From IMG/VR virus record IMGVR_UViG_3300013901_000007, positions 32,001 through 96,000 of that record: DNA of 64,000 nucleotides; one strand, 5' to 3'. A model generated the notes under the pieces. It saw only the letters and a program-made list of their open reading frames with translations. It had not been told where the DNA came from and did no database searches. Made by a program: the position numbers and the translations under genes. Positions within the stretch are counted from its first letter, which is position 1. Each line of letters begins with the position of its first letter. Below are positions 8,601 through 21,200 of the stretch, piece by piece. Source of the stretch: a virus (taxonomy: Duplodnaviria; Caudoviricetes).

Positions 8601-11194
8601 TCATCTTCCCATTTATAACTACAGTGAATATTACTAGTTTTACTTTCTAAATTTTCAACTGTAAATTGATAAGTATATTGATTACCATAAGTAGTACTAG
8701 TGATATTAGGAGCAATACATTGCTCTTTTTCAATAGTATTCCCTTTTATCCATTTTTTTGTTACTGTTGGACTTTTAATGGTAGTGGAAACACCATCTCT
8801 AACAGTAGTAAGTTCACAATAAGCTTCTATAACACCACTTGTAGAAGTATCTTTTTTGTTTACTATAATAATTGGTCCTGTGCTACCATTGTCTCGAGTA
8901 ATTGTATCAGTGGTGGTTAATCCTTGTTGTGATTCACCTTTAACTTTATAAACCACCTTACAATTAACTGGATTGGGGTTAACAAAATCTACCGTCACTA
9001 AATAACTGTCAACAGTATTCTTGGTTACATTAATTGTTAATTCAGGCTCTTGTAATGTGGTTGGAGCTTCTGGTCTAACATACATACTATAAACTACATC
9101 ACTATTGGTGTAACCATTATTAATTTCCAAAGCATATTGTCCTTCTTTCATAATGACATTGTCGTAAATAATACTTCCAGAACTATTTATAGATTTAATT
9201 CCACAAGCACGAATATTATAATTACTTAATTTTTGAGAAAATAATAAAATTGGACGTTCTGGCACAAAATATAAACTACTAGAACCGTCATAATTATAAT
9301 TGCCTTCTGTATCATAAGATTTATACGGTGTAATTAATAATTGTCCTCCTGCATTAGCAAGTGAATCAAAATTTTTGTGCCCATTTTCTATACCACTTTC
9401 TACATAGATGATTTTACCAATAAAATCACCCCAACTATCAAAGGCACCCGCCCTACTCCATATACTCATAGAAACTTCAGTGGCTTTTGAACCTACATCA
9501 TTTAAACAAGTAGGATCTGTATAAATTTTATCCCCTTCATAACCAGACACAACAGGACGTTTGACATAACGATTACGGGTATATAATGTTTTCTTAGTTT
9601 CTGTATCTTCAGCAACATTTTTAATAGTAGTAGTCCAAGCGAAAGAAAAAATTACATTTTTATTATTAATAGTTCTATAATAATCTTTTTCTGTGTCTCT
9701 TTTATATACTAATTTATCTACCGTAATACTATTATTTACATCTGAAGCCATAATATAGACACCGTTTTCTTCTGGTTGTTTCTGGTGCATTAATAACACT
9801 TTACAACCAGAAAATCCCGAAACCCCATCTAAATCTTGAATTCCTACTAATTCAATATTTCCAGATATTATAAATTGAGAAGTATTATCTGTTTCAATTT
9901 GGCCATCTGATAAAGAACTAGCGACATTTACACGATCATTGGCTGTAATAGAATCTAGATCATTAGAATGAGGGAAAAACTGAACTTTAGAAACTCCATT
10001 TAAAGACAAGGTATTTGCATCAGTTTCTAAAGGATAAATATGACCATAAGTTTCATCATAAGAATTCACATAAAAACGATTAGAAGCGTCGGTATTACTT
10101 TCAGTAAGAAGTTGAGCCCATTTATGATATAATAAAACCCCGCTCCCATCTTTATTTTGAGGTAAAACTTCATCTTCAACTTGACCATTGTCAGAATATG
10201 CTATTTGAAGGCGTCCAGGTTTAGATCCCAATATTGTCCCTTCGGATAACATCATATCACAATATTTTTCTTTGTTTATATTTTCATAAGATATAACCAT
10301 AATAGTATTATCTAATTCATAAGATTCTTCCCCGTCACCTTGATAGAGAGTAATTTCCCATTTATATACACTACCTAAATTATTCAAATTAATAGTATTA
10401 TTATATATATCTTTATATCTGATAAAATTATCTGAAGTACGTTGAAATTTTTGAGTTGACTTAATATATTGATAAATTTGATTATGATAGGAACCTTGAT
10501 CAATTAAAATAGTTTGAAGATCTTCTAATATAATATTATTTAAAATTTTTAAATTTGAAGATTCTGAACTACTTACAACTTTACAAAAATATCCTTGATG
10601 ATTATTATCAATTACTAATACAGTTTGATCTTTTATTAAATGATCTCCATTTAAAGTACCTTTCCAACCTGTAATATTACAACGAAAACTTAAACCATCC
10701 GCGACCCAATTATTATAATTATCACTATTTTCTCTTATTTGTTCAGAAATCATATCCAAAGGACGAATAATATAATTAACACGATAATTAATAGTGGAAT
10801 ATACAGCGTTAGCTGATTTAACAATCATAGTATTATTATTGCTAGTTTGAAAAAAAGGTATATTTAAATAAGTGCCATTTAAACCACTATTAACTTTCCA
10901 CTCTTGATTAATTAAATCTACACCATTTATTTGATATATACCATTAATTAAAGTGGGTTTTAATTCACTAATAGGGCTAATTTTTTTTTCTTTTGTTACA
11001 GGGAAGATTACTTCATTATATTCATTTAAGATACGAATACTATAACCTGTAATATTTTTATTTGAACTGTCTATTTTACAGGACAACCATTTAACAGATT
11101 TTTCACTTTGTCCTGTTAATAAATTTAAATTTGCAAGGCGTACGTCATATGACGTTAAAAAAGGATAACAATATGTTGCTTTATATACTGCCAT
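5612..11194 (-). CDS. large baseplate/tail structural protein with inserted fibre-like and Ig/Fn3-like domains
   Basis: 1860 aa, beta-rich; C-terminal distal-tail-like region (TLGQFNRY, SGSVSC, PKLLRNLKGESWIV, ISFSWKQI). Confidence 0.65.
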   Translation of the reverse strand: MAVYKATYCYPFLTSYDVRLANLNLLTGQSEKSVKWLSCKIDSSNKNITGYSIRILNEYNEVIFPVTKEKKISPISELKPTLINGIYQINGVDLINQEWKVNSGLNGTYLNIPFFQTSNNNTMIVKSANAVYSTINYRVNYIIRPLDMISEQIRENSDNYNNWVADGLSFRCNITGWKGTLNGDHLIKDQTVLVIDNNHQGYFCKVVSSSESSNLKILNNIILEDLQTILIDQGSYHNQIYQYIKSTQKFQRTSDNFIRYKDIYNNTINLNNLGSVYKWEITLYQGDGEESYELDNTIMVISYENINKEKYCDMMLSEGTILGSKPGRLQIAYSDNGQVEDEVLPQNKDGSGVLLYHKWAQLLTESNTDASNRFYVNSYDETYGHIYPLETDANTLSLNGVSKVQFFPHSNDLDSITANDRVNVASSLSDGQIETDNTSQFIISGNIELVGIQDLDGVSGFSGCKVLLMHQKQPEENGVYIMASDVNNSITVDKLVYKRDTEKDYYRTINNKNVIFSFAWTTTIKNVAEDTETKKTLYTRNRYVKRPVVSGYEGDKIYTDPTCLNDVGSKATEVSMSIWSRAGAFDSWGDFIGKIIYVESGIENGHKNFDSLANAGGQLLITPYKSYDTEGNYNYDGSSSLYFVPERPILLFSQKLSNYNIRACGIKSINSSGSIIYDNVIMKEGQYALEINNGYTNSDVVYSMYVRPEAPTTLQEPELTINVTKNTVDSYLVTVDFVNPNPVNCKVVYKVKGESQQGLTTTDTITRDNGSTGPIIIVNKKDTSTSGVIEAYCELTTVRDGVSTTIKSPTVTKKWIKGNTIEKEQCIAPNITSTTYGNQYTYQFTVENLESKTSNIHCSYKWEDETNFTELNDITTTSYSFILSNDKKNNRSVTIESYVTYNATQTFRSNTSTYVQIIPGNPTSDNITEKTLYYKTPSTALKIGATKTSLIKPTITLQENIYDELTLIIHNPNNNSVDLYINNTKQITNLAPLSDYIYKISWNDLNKNSGETFSISVFLAPHVNLINDDLQVDLIQVIKTTPGLSTKIIDFDFSQNKPLYFYIEEGAENGKSVVKVSTDTKVFLNNTDLYTAILLYNTKERTYISPFIGISEQMLLKFKGNVIKLQDNQYKQNYLSIKSVNKNLWYITHNQLESPLLSYLSLQHTTSDEIPYKYKLISFFKTSDENPFYLYEDPYIGIYRTILLENQDKLSREFTVLDTNNQKPYVSFDIYNSKKGFKAPNGVEFDEESTDFSIIMSDFLEYSVTPNVEKSVINLPTSLLNNISNTVEIPAHYKGTFSQEPNKTECTTDTIINWHENHPNLTSEDKDEFENTYGRLWIGEAQGINFPTSIGVQQSHLFANAAIVDLTSGYRLNLTGIYNQQQGGSWEAYRWVVSKPTFKEGYTFNPENYTDALDNIVDETVLQDTGRRYDKEINVNFYGLFTQESEQNISETPYIVHLYLEDDLGNTIHKKEIVVVESGSLSSVFTQYLSQFTAIFDKCNACVDITINPAWRNSNSDLTQLGLTSFSVFKREYRTMYKDGISDKTITVIGDQWYPVALNVTVDGKEAASGNINIKIKDYNIKNNYSYQYIIFPNIENTATDIKVNYIYANTPVQYTQPFSSIDLQFKSQYSKPVEINFDYWSLVELIPNEELIDAPIAALNYTINPTNIWLFKYSLDTGSLTQTMAKNEINTLGQFNRYGHGLRNTLSGSVSCYLGSEIVPLSKIGYIERMPYARNQPISTNDANTMLLLWRQFVYSKNPKLLRNLKGESWIVQITESSNTTNNFTHNYPDTISFSWKQIEKTDTAIISLINSEFFEQNLNNNSCVPIWEKQSINTNIKQQQKTEKAVAYSIESLYNINK

Positions 11195-11285
11195 AAGATT
11201 ACCTCCTCAATTAATAAATATCAAAAGGGGAAATAACCCTTTTGACTAAAAAAATATAAATAAAAGTCATCTATTATTCCCCCGT

Positions 11286-12191
11286 TTAATATCCTTCTTT
11301 TTCACCCCAATCAAGAATTGAATAATCCCACACATCCGTAACCTCATTTTGATGTTCAAAACCATATTTAATACGCTTAAATGTTTCAGGAAAATAAGCA
11401 TAAGATAAATCAAAAATTTGGGTAAGTTTTACTGGGGTTCCATAAGGAATTTTAGTTTTATGATAAAACCATCTAATACCCTCACTACAAATACCACATA
11501 ATAAACTAAAATCGTCTGGGGTGATATAATCATTTATTTTATATATTCTATGAAAATATGAATTAAAACTACGACGAGAAGCAAAATATTCTACACCTCT
11601 CTTAGCAAATTCAAGTCTCTCATCACTCCATATATATTTAATTCCCCCACGATTTATAACACAATAATATTTTAAATGTGGTGTCCATTGAGCTAAATTG
11701 TTACTAGGAAAAGTATATGGAACACAGGTTCCATAAAAAACTTTAATATCTTGCGTATTTAATTCAGGACATTCATCGGCTAAAATAAGTCTATTATATT
11801 GATTATAAAAGAATATATTATATTTGTTTTTACCTTGATAAATAGTGTGTAATTTAGGACAATTAAAAAATAAGCTAATACCACAGATTACATTTTCTGG
11901 TAATATAATCTCTTCTAAATCGAGCATATTAGAAAATGCAAAATCATCAATTTTAGTTACAGAATCACAAATGATAATTTTTTTAGTGTTTAGTACTCCA
12001 TCAAAAGCTTTCTTTTGAATAGTTGTAACATTAGATGGAACCTCCACGGTGGTTGGGAGTGTTTTATTTTTAAAACACTCCTCCCCCAACGTGGTGATGG
12101 TAGAAGGAATTAAATCCTTACCACTTATACCCACGGGTGTATAATATAATATTACTAATACATTTTCTGGATCTTTTAAGTAATAAGCCAT
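11286..12191 (-). CDS. BspA-like leucine-rich-repeat protein
   Basis: IPSTITTLGEECF, VPSNVTTIQKKAF, ICDSVTKIDDFAF repeats. Confidence 0.75.
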   Translation of the reverse strand: MAYYLKDPENVLVILYYTPVGISGKDLIPSTITTLGEECFKNKTLPTTVEVPSNVTTIQKKAFDGVLNTKKIIICDSVTKIDDFAFSNMLDLEEIILPENVICGISLFFNCPKLHTIYQGKNKYNIFFYNQYNRLILADECPELNTQDIKVFYGTCVPYTFPSNNLAQWTPHLKYYCVINRGGIKYIWSDERLEFAKRGVEYFASRRSFNSYFHRIYKINDYITPDDFSLLCGICSEGIRWFYHKTKIPYGTPVKLTQIFDLSYAYFPETFKRIKYGFEHQNEVTDVWDYSILDWGEKEGY

Positions 12192-12225
12192 AAGATTCCT
12201 CCTATTATTAAGTTATTATAACATA

Positions 12226-15200
12226 TTAATGACGTTCACGTCTAGTTAAATTCATCATATTACGTAATTCTTGTGTAAATGAATCAATATTAAATGATTC
12301 ATCTGCACTAACATTCATAGTTAAATTACTAATGTTTAATGAATTATCTGCAGCGGTATTATTAAGTGCTGTAAGTGGTAAATTATTTAATGCTGATGAT
12401 TGAGCAAGTAATTTAAGAATAGATGGAGCAAGCTCTCCTAATTGCCATAGATTCTTTGTAACGTCTGCAGGAACAACACCAGTAGCACTAGGTAAAGAAG
12501 TAATAGTTCCCCAAGGAGAAATAATTGCTTCAGTTCCTAATTCGTTAACTAAAGTTGGACCTCCAGATAAACCCAAAGAACCAATTGCAGCCTTTTCTAC
12601 ATCTGGAGATTTTCTCATTTGATAAAATCCTGGTTGAATAGACTCAGCTTCAGGGAATCCCTCAACGGCACCATTAATAAATACTAATTTATTATGAGTT
12701 CTTTTTTGTTCAACAACCGTTCCAGTTTTTGCACCTCTTTCTTTTAAATAACCCATCAAACCCATTGTTCCAGCACCATATGTGTTTGCTTGAACATCGC
12801 TAATTGTTTGAGCTTTTGCATATTGAGGTACACCTTTTTTCACACCTTCATATGCATAATATCTCATCATATCATCATTATTACTAGTTTTTTTTGTATC
12901 AACTTCTATATCCCCTTCTTTATTTTCTTCTCTATCTACTTTATTCTCAACATCATAAACTTGACCATTAAACTCTAATTGTGGTTTAAAAGACTCTGAT
13001 TTTTCATAATCTAATAAATCACTATTTTTTGTGCCTTCGGCAGAAGTATTATTTTTCCAAGTGTTAGCAGCTTCACTATTATTTTCACTGAAATTTTTAT
13101 AAGTAGTATTAAAATTTTCTAAAGATTCATTATATTTTTTTTCAGCTTGATAATATTCTTCTGAAGAAGTACCTTTTTCGTCTTTGATTCGTTCCATTTC
13201 TTGTTTTTTAGCTACCAAATCTGCGGCTGCTGTATCTAAATCGCTAGTTTTTTCAGCGGTAATAGCATTAGCATCTTTTTCGGTTGGACCAGCAACTTTA
13301 ATTGTGACTTCGTCATATAGTTTTTTAATTGCTTTTTGAATATCTAATTGACTTTCAAAGGTATCTCCTAATTCTTTTTTAAATGATTCAAAAGCTTCAG
13401 ACATACGATCAAATTCATCATTATCTTTAATGTTAGATAATTCATCTTTTTCAGCTTGGAGTTGAGTAATTTGAGCTTCTAAATCAGCTACTTTATATTC
13501 TATATTAACAGAATCTAAATTTTTTTGTGCTTCTTCTATGGCACTTTGATCAGATTCATAAGACCAACCTACCCCTTCTCTCCACACACGTTTTTTCTCG
13601 TGTTGAGCATTTTCTAATTTAATCTTAGCTTCGATTAATTTATTTTCATATTCTCGTTGTGAAGTGATTTCTTGCAAAGCAGATTTTTGTTCTTCCAAGT
13701 TCTTGATTTGTTTTTCATAAATTTTTTGTAAATGAGATGAAAACATATCAAATTGAGCTTCCTTAATAGGATCTTTTATAGTAATTTGATAGTATTCTTG
13801 AATTATAGATTGAACACGCTCTAATTCTTTTTTACTTAAACCATATTTAGCCATTAGTTCATCTTCAGTTAATTGAGTAGCCGAAGACATACGTGAAAAA
13901 ACGTCTCCTAACGATTTGGCTCCATTGAATAAAGCGGTTGCACCTTTAGGTTTATTCAATTCACTAAACAATAAATCTTCTAAATTTGTATCATTAGTTT
14001 TAGTGTTGTGTAATTCTTTACGCAATACATTAAATAAAGAAGTAGAACTCATTAATTCTTGCATCATTCCACTTTGATAAGCTACAGAATAAGCACTACC
14101 TTTCTTTAATAATTGAGTGGTCATTGCTGCTACATCACCCGTAAAACGAGCCAACTCTGGATATTTAGAAAGTAAAGTTTCAACGGCTTCACTTGACAAA
14201 CCACCAGAAGAAGTTATGTTTTGTAAGGTTGAAGTAATATCACCAATTTTAGTACGTAAGTTTTCCAATCCTCCAATTAAATCACCAAGAGTTAATTCCC
14301 CTAGAATATCTTTTAATTGCAAAAGTTGTTCTCTTGTTACGCCCAAAGCAGTGGCAAATTTTTTCTGTATCTCGATATCGTTATTTTCTATAACTTGATT
14401 AAGAGTTTTTGTTTTGCCTTGTATGGCCTCATAAAGTCTAGTATTACCAGTAATAGCTTGATCAATAAGTCTTTTTGCTTCTTCACTATTAGGGGCTACA
14501 CCCACAAAACCACCTAAAGCTTGAATTGAAGTTTCCACCATTTCTTCTATTTGTTCTTTGGATAAATTACTCAAATCATAATCATTTAAATCTAATAAAC
14601 GTTGTCCTTGATAAGTAGCTTCATTTATTGCATTTTGTGCTAATTGTTTATTAGATTCTTTATAAATAGCAACTTCATCTTTAGTACGTTGTTTTTCGGT
14701 TTCGGTGAGTTCTCTTATAGCATTTTCAAGTAATTTCCATTGTTCAGAACCTTTTTCAAAGAAGGTTTGATATTCTTTTAAAAAAGACACTCGATCTTGT
14801 ATAGAAACTCCTTCTCTAAATCCCTTCAATACGTAATCACTACGATCACCACTAGTATATTCTTGATAATTTATTTTACCCTCATATGCTTCAAGAAGTT
14901 TTTTATATCTTTCTACTTCTCCAGGATTATTATAATCAACAGAACCTGTGCCATAATTTTCAACACCTTTAAATGTTAGAACAAAAGGCTTTGAAAAAGA
15001 ATATCCTTTGGTATATTTTTGATTTATATCATATATTTCATCTTCTTTAGATTTAACTTGAGATTCATATTTTACCTTATTTTGAGCAGATATATAATCA
15101 TGCCACATAGTCTCACGCTCTTCTTTACTAATAGAAGAAAATATGTCAAAAAATTCACTAATATTAGCAATATTAGAATATTTATCATTAGTAGATAATT

Positions 15201-18200
15201 CCTTCCAAATTGCTGCTTTTGTTTCTTTATTTTCTTTTGAATTCAAGGAATCTTCTAATGATTGTATTTTTTCAATCCATTCAGCATCACTCATTGAATC
15301 GGTCATGTCATCAATTTTTTCTGAAATATTACTAGTAACATTTTCTAAAGAATTAATTGCTTTAATAATATTATTTGCGGCTTCCACTCTATCGGCACGG
15401 GCATCGCGTTCGGCGTCTATCCATTTTGTAATTTGTGTCATGAATAAAGACCCACCGATTTGTAATGCCATACCAATTATTTTTGCAAAAGGTCCGCCCA
15501 TTTGTAATGCAGCCGAGGTTCCCCCAATTAAAGCATTACCCCAAGTACTTGCAGTTTGAGCTTCTTTAGAATTTTCTACCATTTCTCCACTAACATTTTT
15601 ATGTTGAGTATCTGCACTTATTCCACCCATAAGGGTACCAAATGCAAATGACGAGCCCACAACACCAATTTTCTTCATTGTATTTCTAATTTTTTGCCAT
15701 TTGGTTTGTTCTGTAGGTTGGGTGGAAAGAATATTCTCACCTTCATCAATTTCTCCACCAACTGCTTTAGTATTATTATTTGTAGCATCAGTATTTTGGC
15801 GTAATGATAAAATTAATCCTTCGATTCCAGATTTAATACTAATAGTTGAAGTTGTGTTTGTATTAATATTTTTATCGCTTAAAACATTTTTTAAAGATTT
15901 TGAATTAGTTCTATTATCTTCTTGAATATTCAACATTACTCGATCTAAACCAGTTGTAGTTGGAGATTTAGATTCACGAGTTTCAAACATTAAACCTGAA
16001 GATTTTTGCATTTTATTATCTATAAATTTTTTTATATTTATTGCTGCATTTTTATTTGTTTTAAAAATTTGGCTCATTCCCAATACATTCCAAAATTTAT
16101 TAAGCCAAACAGGAACTTTAATAGCACTTGATACATTTATGATTCTGGTTACCCATCTAACAAGAGAAGGTAAATGTTCAATTAAAAAAGTAATAAAATT
16201 TGTAACGCCAGTCATAAAACGACTAACATCACTATTTAAAGCAATTTCTTCCCAAGCCGCAGACAATCTCTTTTGTGCTGCTTGTAAAGAATCTTGATAA
16301 GATAAATATTTTTCTTCAGCAGTCCCTTCAGCATTTTGAGAAGTTTCTAATAAAGAGTGATATTTATCCATGTTTTCCATTAAAACAAGAAAAGCTTCAC
16401 GTTGTCTTGTACCAGCTGCTGCAGTAGCAATAGCATTTTTGGTAACATTATCATACACACTCCATTGTGCTGAGATATCTTCCAAAACATCATCAAAATC
16501 TCTAAATTGAAGGTTAGTATCTCTCATTGAAATACCAAGTTTCTTTAAAACCTTTTCAAGATCATTTAAAGATTCACTTCCAACCTCGTCTGTTTCATTA
16601 TTTAAATCTAGACCAGTGAAAGCGCCAGCTTTAACATTACCAAAACGAGATAACATTGACTTTAATGCAACACCAACCGTTGAAGCGCCAGCTTGGCTGA
16701 CGTCCATGATTGTGGTTGCCATAGCAATTGCTTGATCAAGGTCAACTCCTGATAATTGAGCTGTGGTTGCAAATTGTCTTAAAGATTCGGCAATGTCGCC
16801 TGCAGAAGTTGCTGCAACCATGTCAACTTTTGTCAGCTTATCAACAACAGACATCGCATCTACTGCTTCAAGCTTAAAACCTTTTAACATACTTGTTACT
16901 TTGTGTTTAACGAAGGCGTTAACTTCGTCGCTATTTCTAGCCTCACAATTTCTTGTGAGAACAGACTATATCTTCTCCCCTGTAATAACAGTAGGGAGCC
17001 ACTTACTTCCAAGCCTCACTTGAGGTGTACTCTCTTACGAGATAGTCGTTGGGGCTAAATCTTTTTCTTGAAAGATTTCTGCCTGCTGATTTTCCAATCT
17101 TATCTACTTCACTTCTGACTCACCCTTACGGGTTCAGTTAGTGAGATAAGCTCTAAGGAATTTCCAGCATATCAAGTGGTTAATTTTTCTAAACATTACT
17201 GTTTAGCATACCTGTGGAAATTTACATGTGGTTCAGTCAAGAATTTCCGTTAAGTATTCTGTTGCCTTTCCAGAATCAATCATACCTAATTTACTTAAAT
17301 ACATTGAAGCAGAAATTAAGTCATTAACTTCAGAAATAGTATAACCTTGTCTTAACCAACTATTGGCTGCACTGGCAACTTCACTAGTTGAAGCTGAAAG
17401 TTCATTACCCAATTTTGAATATGAGGTCATTAAACTCTTGGTTTCTTCTCGTGTATCACCAGTAACAATTCTTAAGTCTGTTAAGACGGCGTCTAATTTT
17501 TGTGCACCTTGTACAATATTGTTGATTGAACGTCTAGCCTGAGCTGCGAAGGTCCAAATTAAAGCACCACCAGTTAGAGATCTAAGCCAACCTTGGAAAC
17601 TTTTTTTCATATTATCCCAAACGGTAGGATTCATTTCTTTATTTAAGCGTGCTTGAGCTGCTGCGTAAGAATCGGCTTGTAAAGATGCTTCTTGATATAT
17701 TTCTTTAACTTTTTCTGGATTATTAATAATATTTTCCCAATTATTATTTTTTCGCTCTTGTTGTAAACGTTGTAATTCAAACAATGATTGTTTATTTTCT
17801 GCTTCTAATTGAGCTTTCATTTCTGGAGAAGCATTATTCTTTTGTAAATTACGTTTTGCTATGTCATTTTTTAAACGTTCTTCAGTTAAAAGTGAACTAC
17901 GTAATTTTTCTGCTGCTTCCTCTCTTTTTTTTAGTAATTTTGTCTCTTCTGATTTTTTCTTTTCAACACTATCGACTTTATCTTTTTTATTAGAAGAAGT
18001 TGGAGTAGTATTATTAACACTATTATAATTTTGTGTTAGTTGCTGAATATTATTAGCAGTAAAATTTTGAGCCTCAAATTTACCTGTTTTTTGTATATCC
18101 ACAGCACCAGGTACTTTGGCTGTAATATTTATTCTATCAACACTGTTAATTTTAATTTCCCCAGTATAGGTGTTTTTGTAATTATTTACATTGGAACCGC

Positions 18201-21200
18201 CGCTAAAGCCACCAGGTTGTCCTTCGGATGTTCCTGGAGGAATAATGGTTCCACTACCTGTAATAGGAGAAACTTTTAGACCAACTGTAGTTGGAGGTTG
18301 AGTGGTTGGAGGAATTATTGAACTGTTTTGCCAATAAGAAAATTCTCCTGCCAAATCTACGTTTTTATCCCAATCCACAGGAATAAAACCATTGGTTGAT
18401 TCAATTCGAGGAAAAATAATTTCTTTTTTTATAGAAGGAATTGAAGAAATATTTTTATTTAATTTTATGTTTTTCTCATCTGGAATTATTTTAATACCTT
18501 TTTCAATAGTATCTTTTTCGTTAAGTTTAGCTTCATTGAGATAATCTTCATTTTTTTCTGTTATAAAATTACCAATAGAATTAATATCTTTTATATAATT
18601 TAATAAATCAGGATTTTTCTTTAAAAAATTTTTAAAAGAACTGTGTGTTAAAAATTTAGTTAAACTTTTATCTCTTGTTCCGTCCAAATCTTTTTCTTCT
18701 TGTTTAAAACGCCAATTATAATATTCTTCTTGCAACGTTTCTCGTAAATGCTTAAATTTTTTATTATTTTTTAACATTTTCTCTAATTCAGGAATATTTG
18801 TTTTAGTAGCGATAGAAAATAATTCTTCATCAGTGGCATATTGTGGATTAAAAAATTTAACCATATCTTCTATGGTTATAGGTTGTGTAGTATCAAACGA
18901 CAATCTTTCTTTTTTATTTATATCTTCTCCTTCAGATTTAGGTTCTAAATTATTTGTAAAAAAATATCCTTTTGTAGATAAAGGTAAACCAGCAAGTATA
19001 TCTAAACCTTGCTTTTTTCTAGCTTTTCTATATAACCACCTATGGCCAAAGTTTTTACGTATATATTCATTAATAGTTGAAGAAATAATATCCCCTTTTT
19101 TTGTTTCATATTCAAATTTGGTTTCACCAGTTATGTTTTTATCCAAAGCAGAAAGAATATAATTAACAATATTAGATTGTTCTCCTGTAACAGGGGCTTG
19201 CACGCTTGTTTTTCCATCTTTATCTATAGCAAATAAAGCAGACAAGGGATTATTACGTGTTTCTTTTGCAATAAATTTAAATATATCTTTTTCTTTTGAG
19301 TTAGAAAACTTTTCAAAAAGCTGTTCAGCAGCTCTTGCATTTAAATATTGTGCTTTTTGTTTTTTTGTTAATACTAAATCTATAAAAGTATCAGCATCCA
19401 CATCTTCCATATTAGGATACATTTTTTTATAATCTGTGAACATATCATTTATTGCACCCAAATAAACTTTAGCATTGGTAAACCAATTTAAAATTCTATC
19501 AGATATTTTTTTAAAATCAACATCTCTAGGATTATCAGGAATTGTATGTAGATGAGCTTTATATTCTTCTGCCGCTTTTATTTTTTGTCTGGCAGCCTCA
19601 TCTATTAACTCTTGTCGTGTTTGTTCTTGTATTTGATCTTCTGTAAGTACTGGATAATTATTAACATCAGGACGACCCATATAATTAATATATCCTTCAC
19701 CATATAAAGCACTAATAATATCTTTATAAGCACTCAAAGACGATAATTGTTTCTCTATAGTTTTTGCTGTATTTAATTTTTTTCTAGATAAATATTGATT
19801 GTAAAGTTGAGGAGAATTATTTTTCAACCAAGATTCAAATTTTTCCTTATCTTTTAATTTAAAAGGTGTTTTTATTAAACTTTTTGATTGATCAATATTA
19901 TATTGAATTTTTTTATCATTTATAAATTTTTTATATTTTTTTGCTATGGCAGAAAAATCAAAATTTTCTACATTTTTACTTTCTTCTTCTATAATATTAT
20001 TCAATCCTAAAACCCACCCTCTTAAAGCAGATATATTGTTTCGATTTTGAGAAACGGTTAAATTAGGATCTTGTTGAAATGAAAGATTAAAAACTTCATC
20101 AAGTTGTTCAAAAAAATTACCACGATCATTTTTAGAAGTAACACTACTCATTAAATTAGTCCATTCACGTGGGGTCATGCCACCTAGAGTATAAGGAGAC
20201 ATTATTTTAGTGAGTGCTGGATCGTAATAAGCAACCATCTTATTAATTGGTTGACTACTTACTCCATATATATCAGGAGAATATTTTTTTCTTAATAAAT
20301 CTTGAACACCACCTTTATAAACAAACTCTCCTCCTTCTCTTCTTAAATTTAACAGATGTTGAAAATGTTGTTTAACACTATCTGAAGTTTCACCCTCGGC
20401 GCTTTCGTCAATTTGAATAGAAGAAAGCATTTTATCTATATATTTTACTACTTCTTCATCTGTTAGATTATAATTTGTTTGAAGAGAAGAAATTAGTTGA
20501 TTTAATGTTAATCCATTAATAAGATTCCATCCTTTTTGGTTTTTACTATATACAGCTGGTGTAACACCATCTCCAAAAAGAATTTGTTGTTGAGCATTTT
20601 TAATTAACGAAGACCTTTCAATATCTGTTAAATTTTCATTAAAAGTTCCCACATAATCTGTTAATATAGAATATAATGTTTGATCAGAATAATTATCTAC
20701 ATTTAAAACTTCTACGGGATGAGTCGTATCAACATTGTTATTATAATTAGGAGTATGAACAATTTGAGAAGAAGAACTGGTATTTTTACCCTGAGCTCTT
20801 AATCCCAATGTATAAACACTAGTTTGTAATCTTCCTTTAGGCTCAATAGTTTTTGTTGTTTTACTATCTAATACTCTCACTGTTTTATCTTTAAAGGTTT
20901 GTATTTCATCAGCAGTACCATTAATTAATAAAGTTTGTCCACCAACTCTTACTAATAAACTAACTGGAGCCTCTCTTTGAATATTAACGGGTTTTTTACC
21001 AGATTGGTATGGTTTTGTTAATTCTCCATTTAATCCTTCTATTAATAATTTTAATTTATTCCCTTCTTCATTTATTATTTCCTCATTTTTTTCATTTATA
21101 GCATTTTGATAATTTTCTATTATTTTTGTAACATCAGCAAGATCAAATTGATTTTCGGCCTGAGATAATTTATTTCCGCTAGCATCAGATGTGGCCTTAC

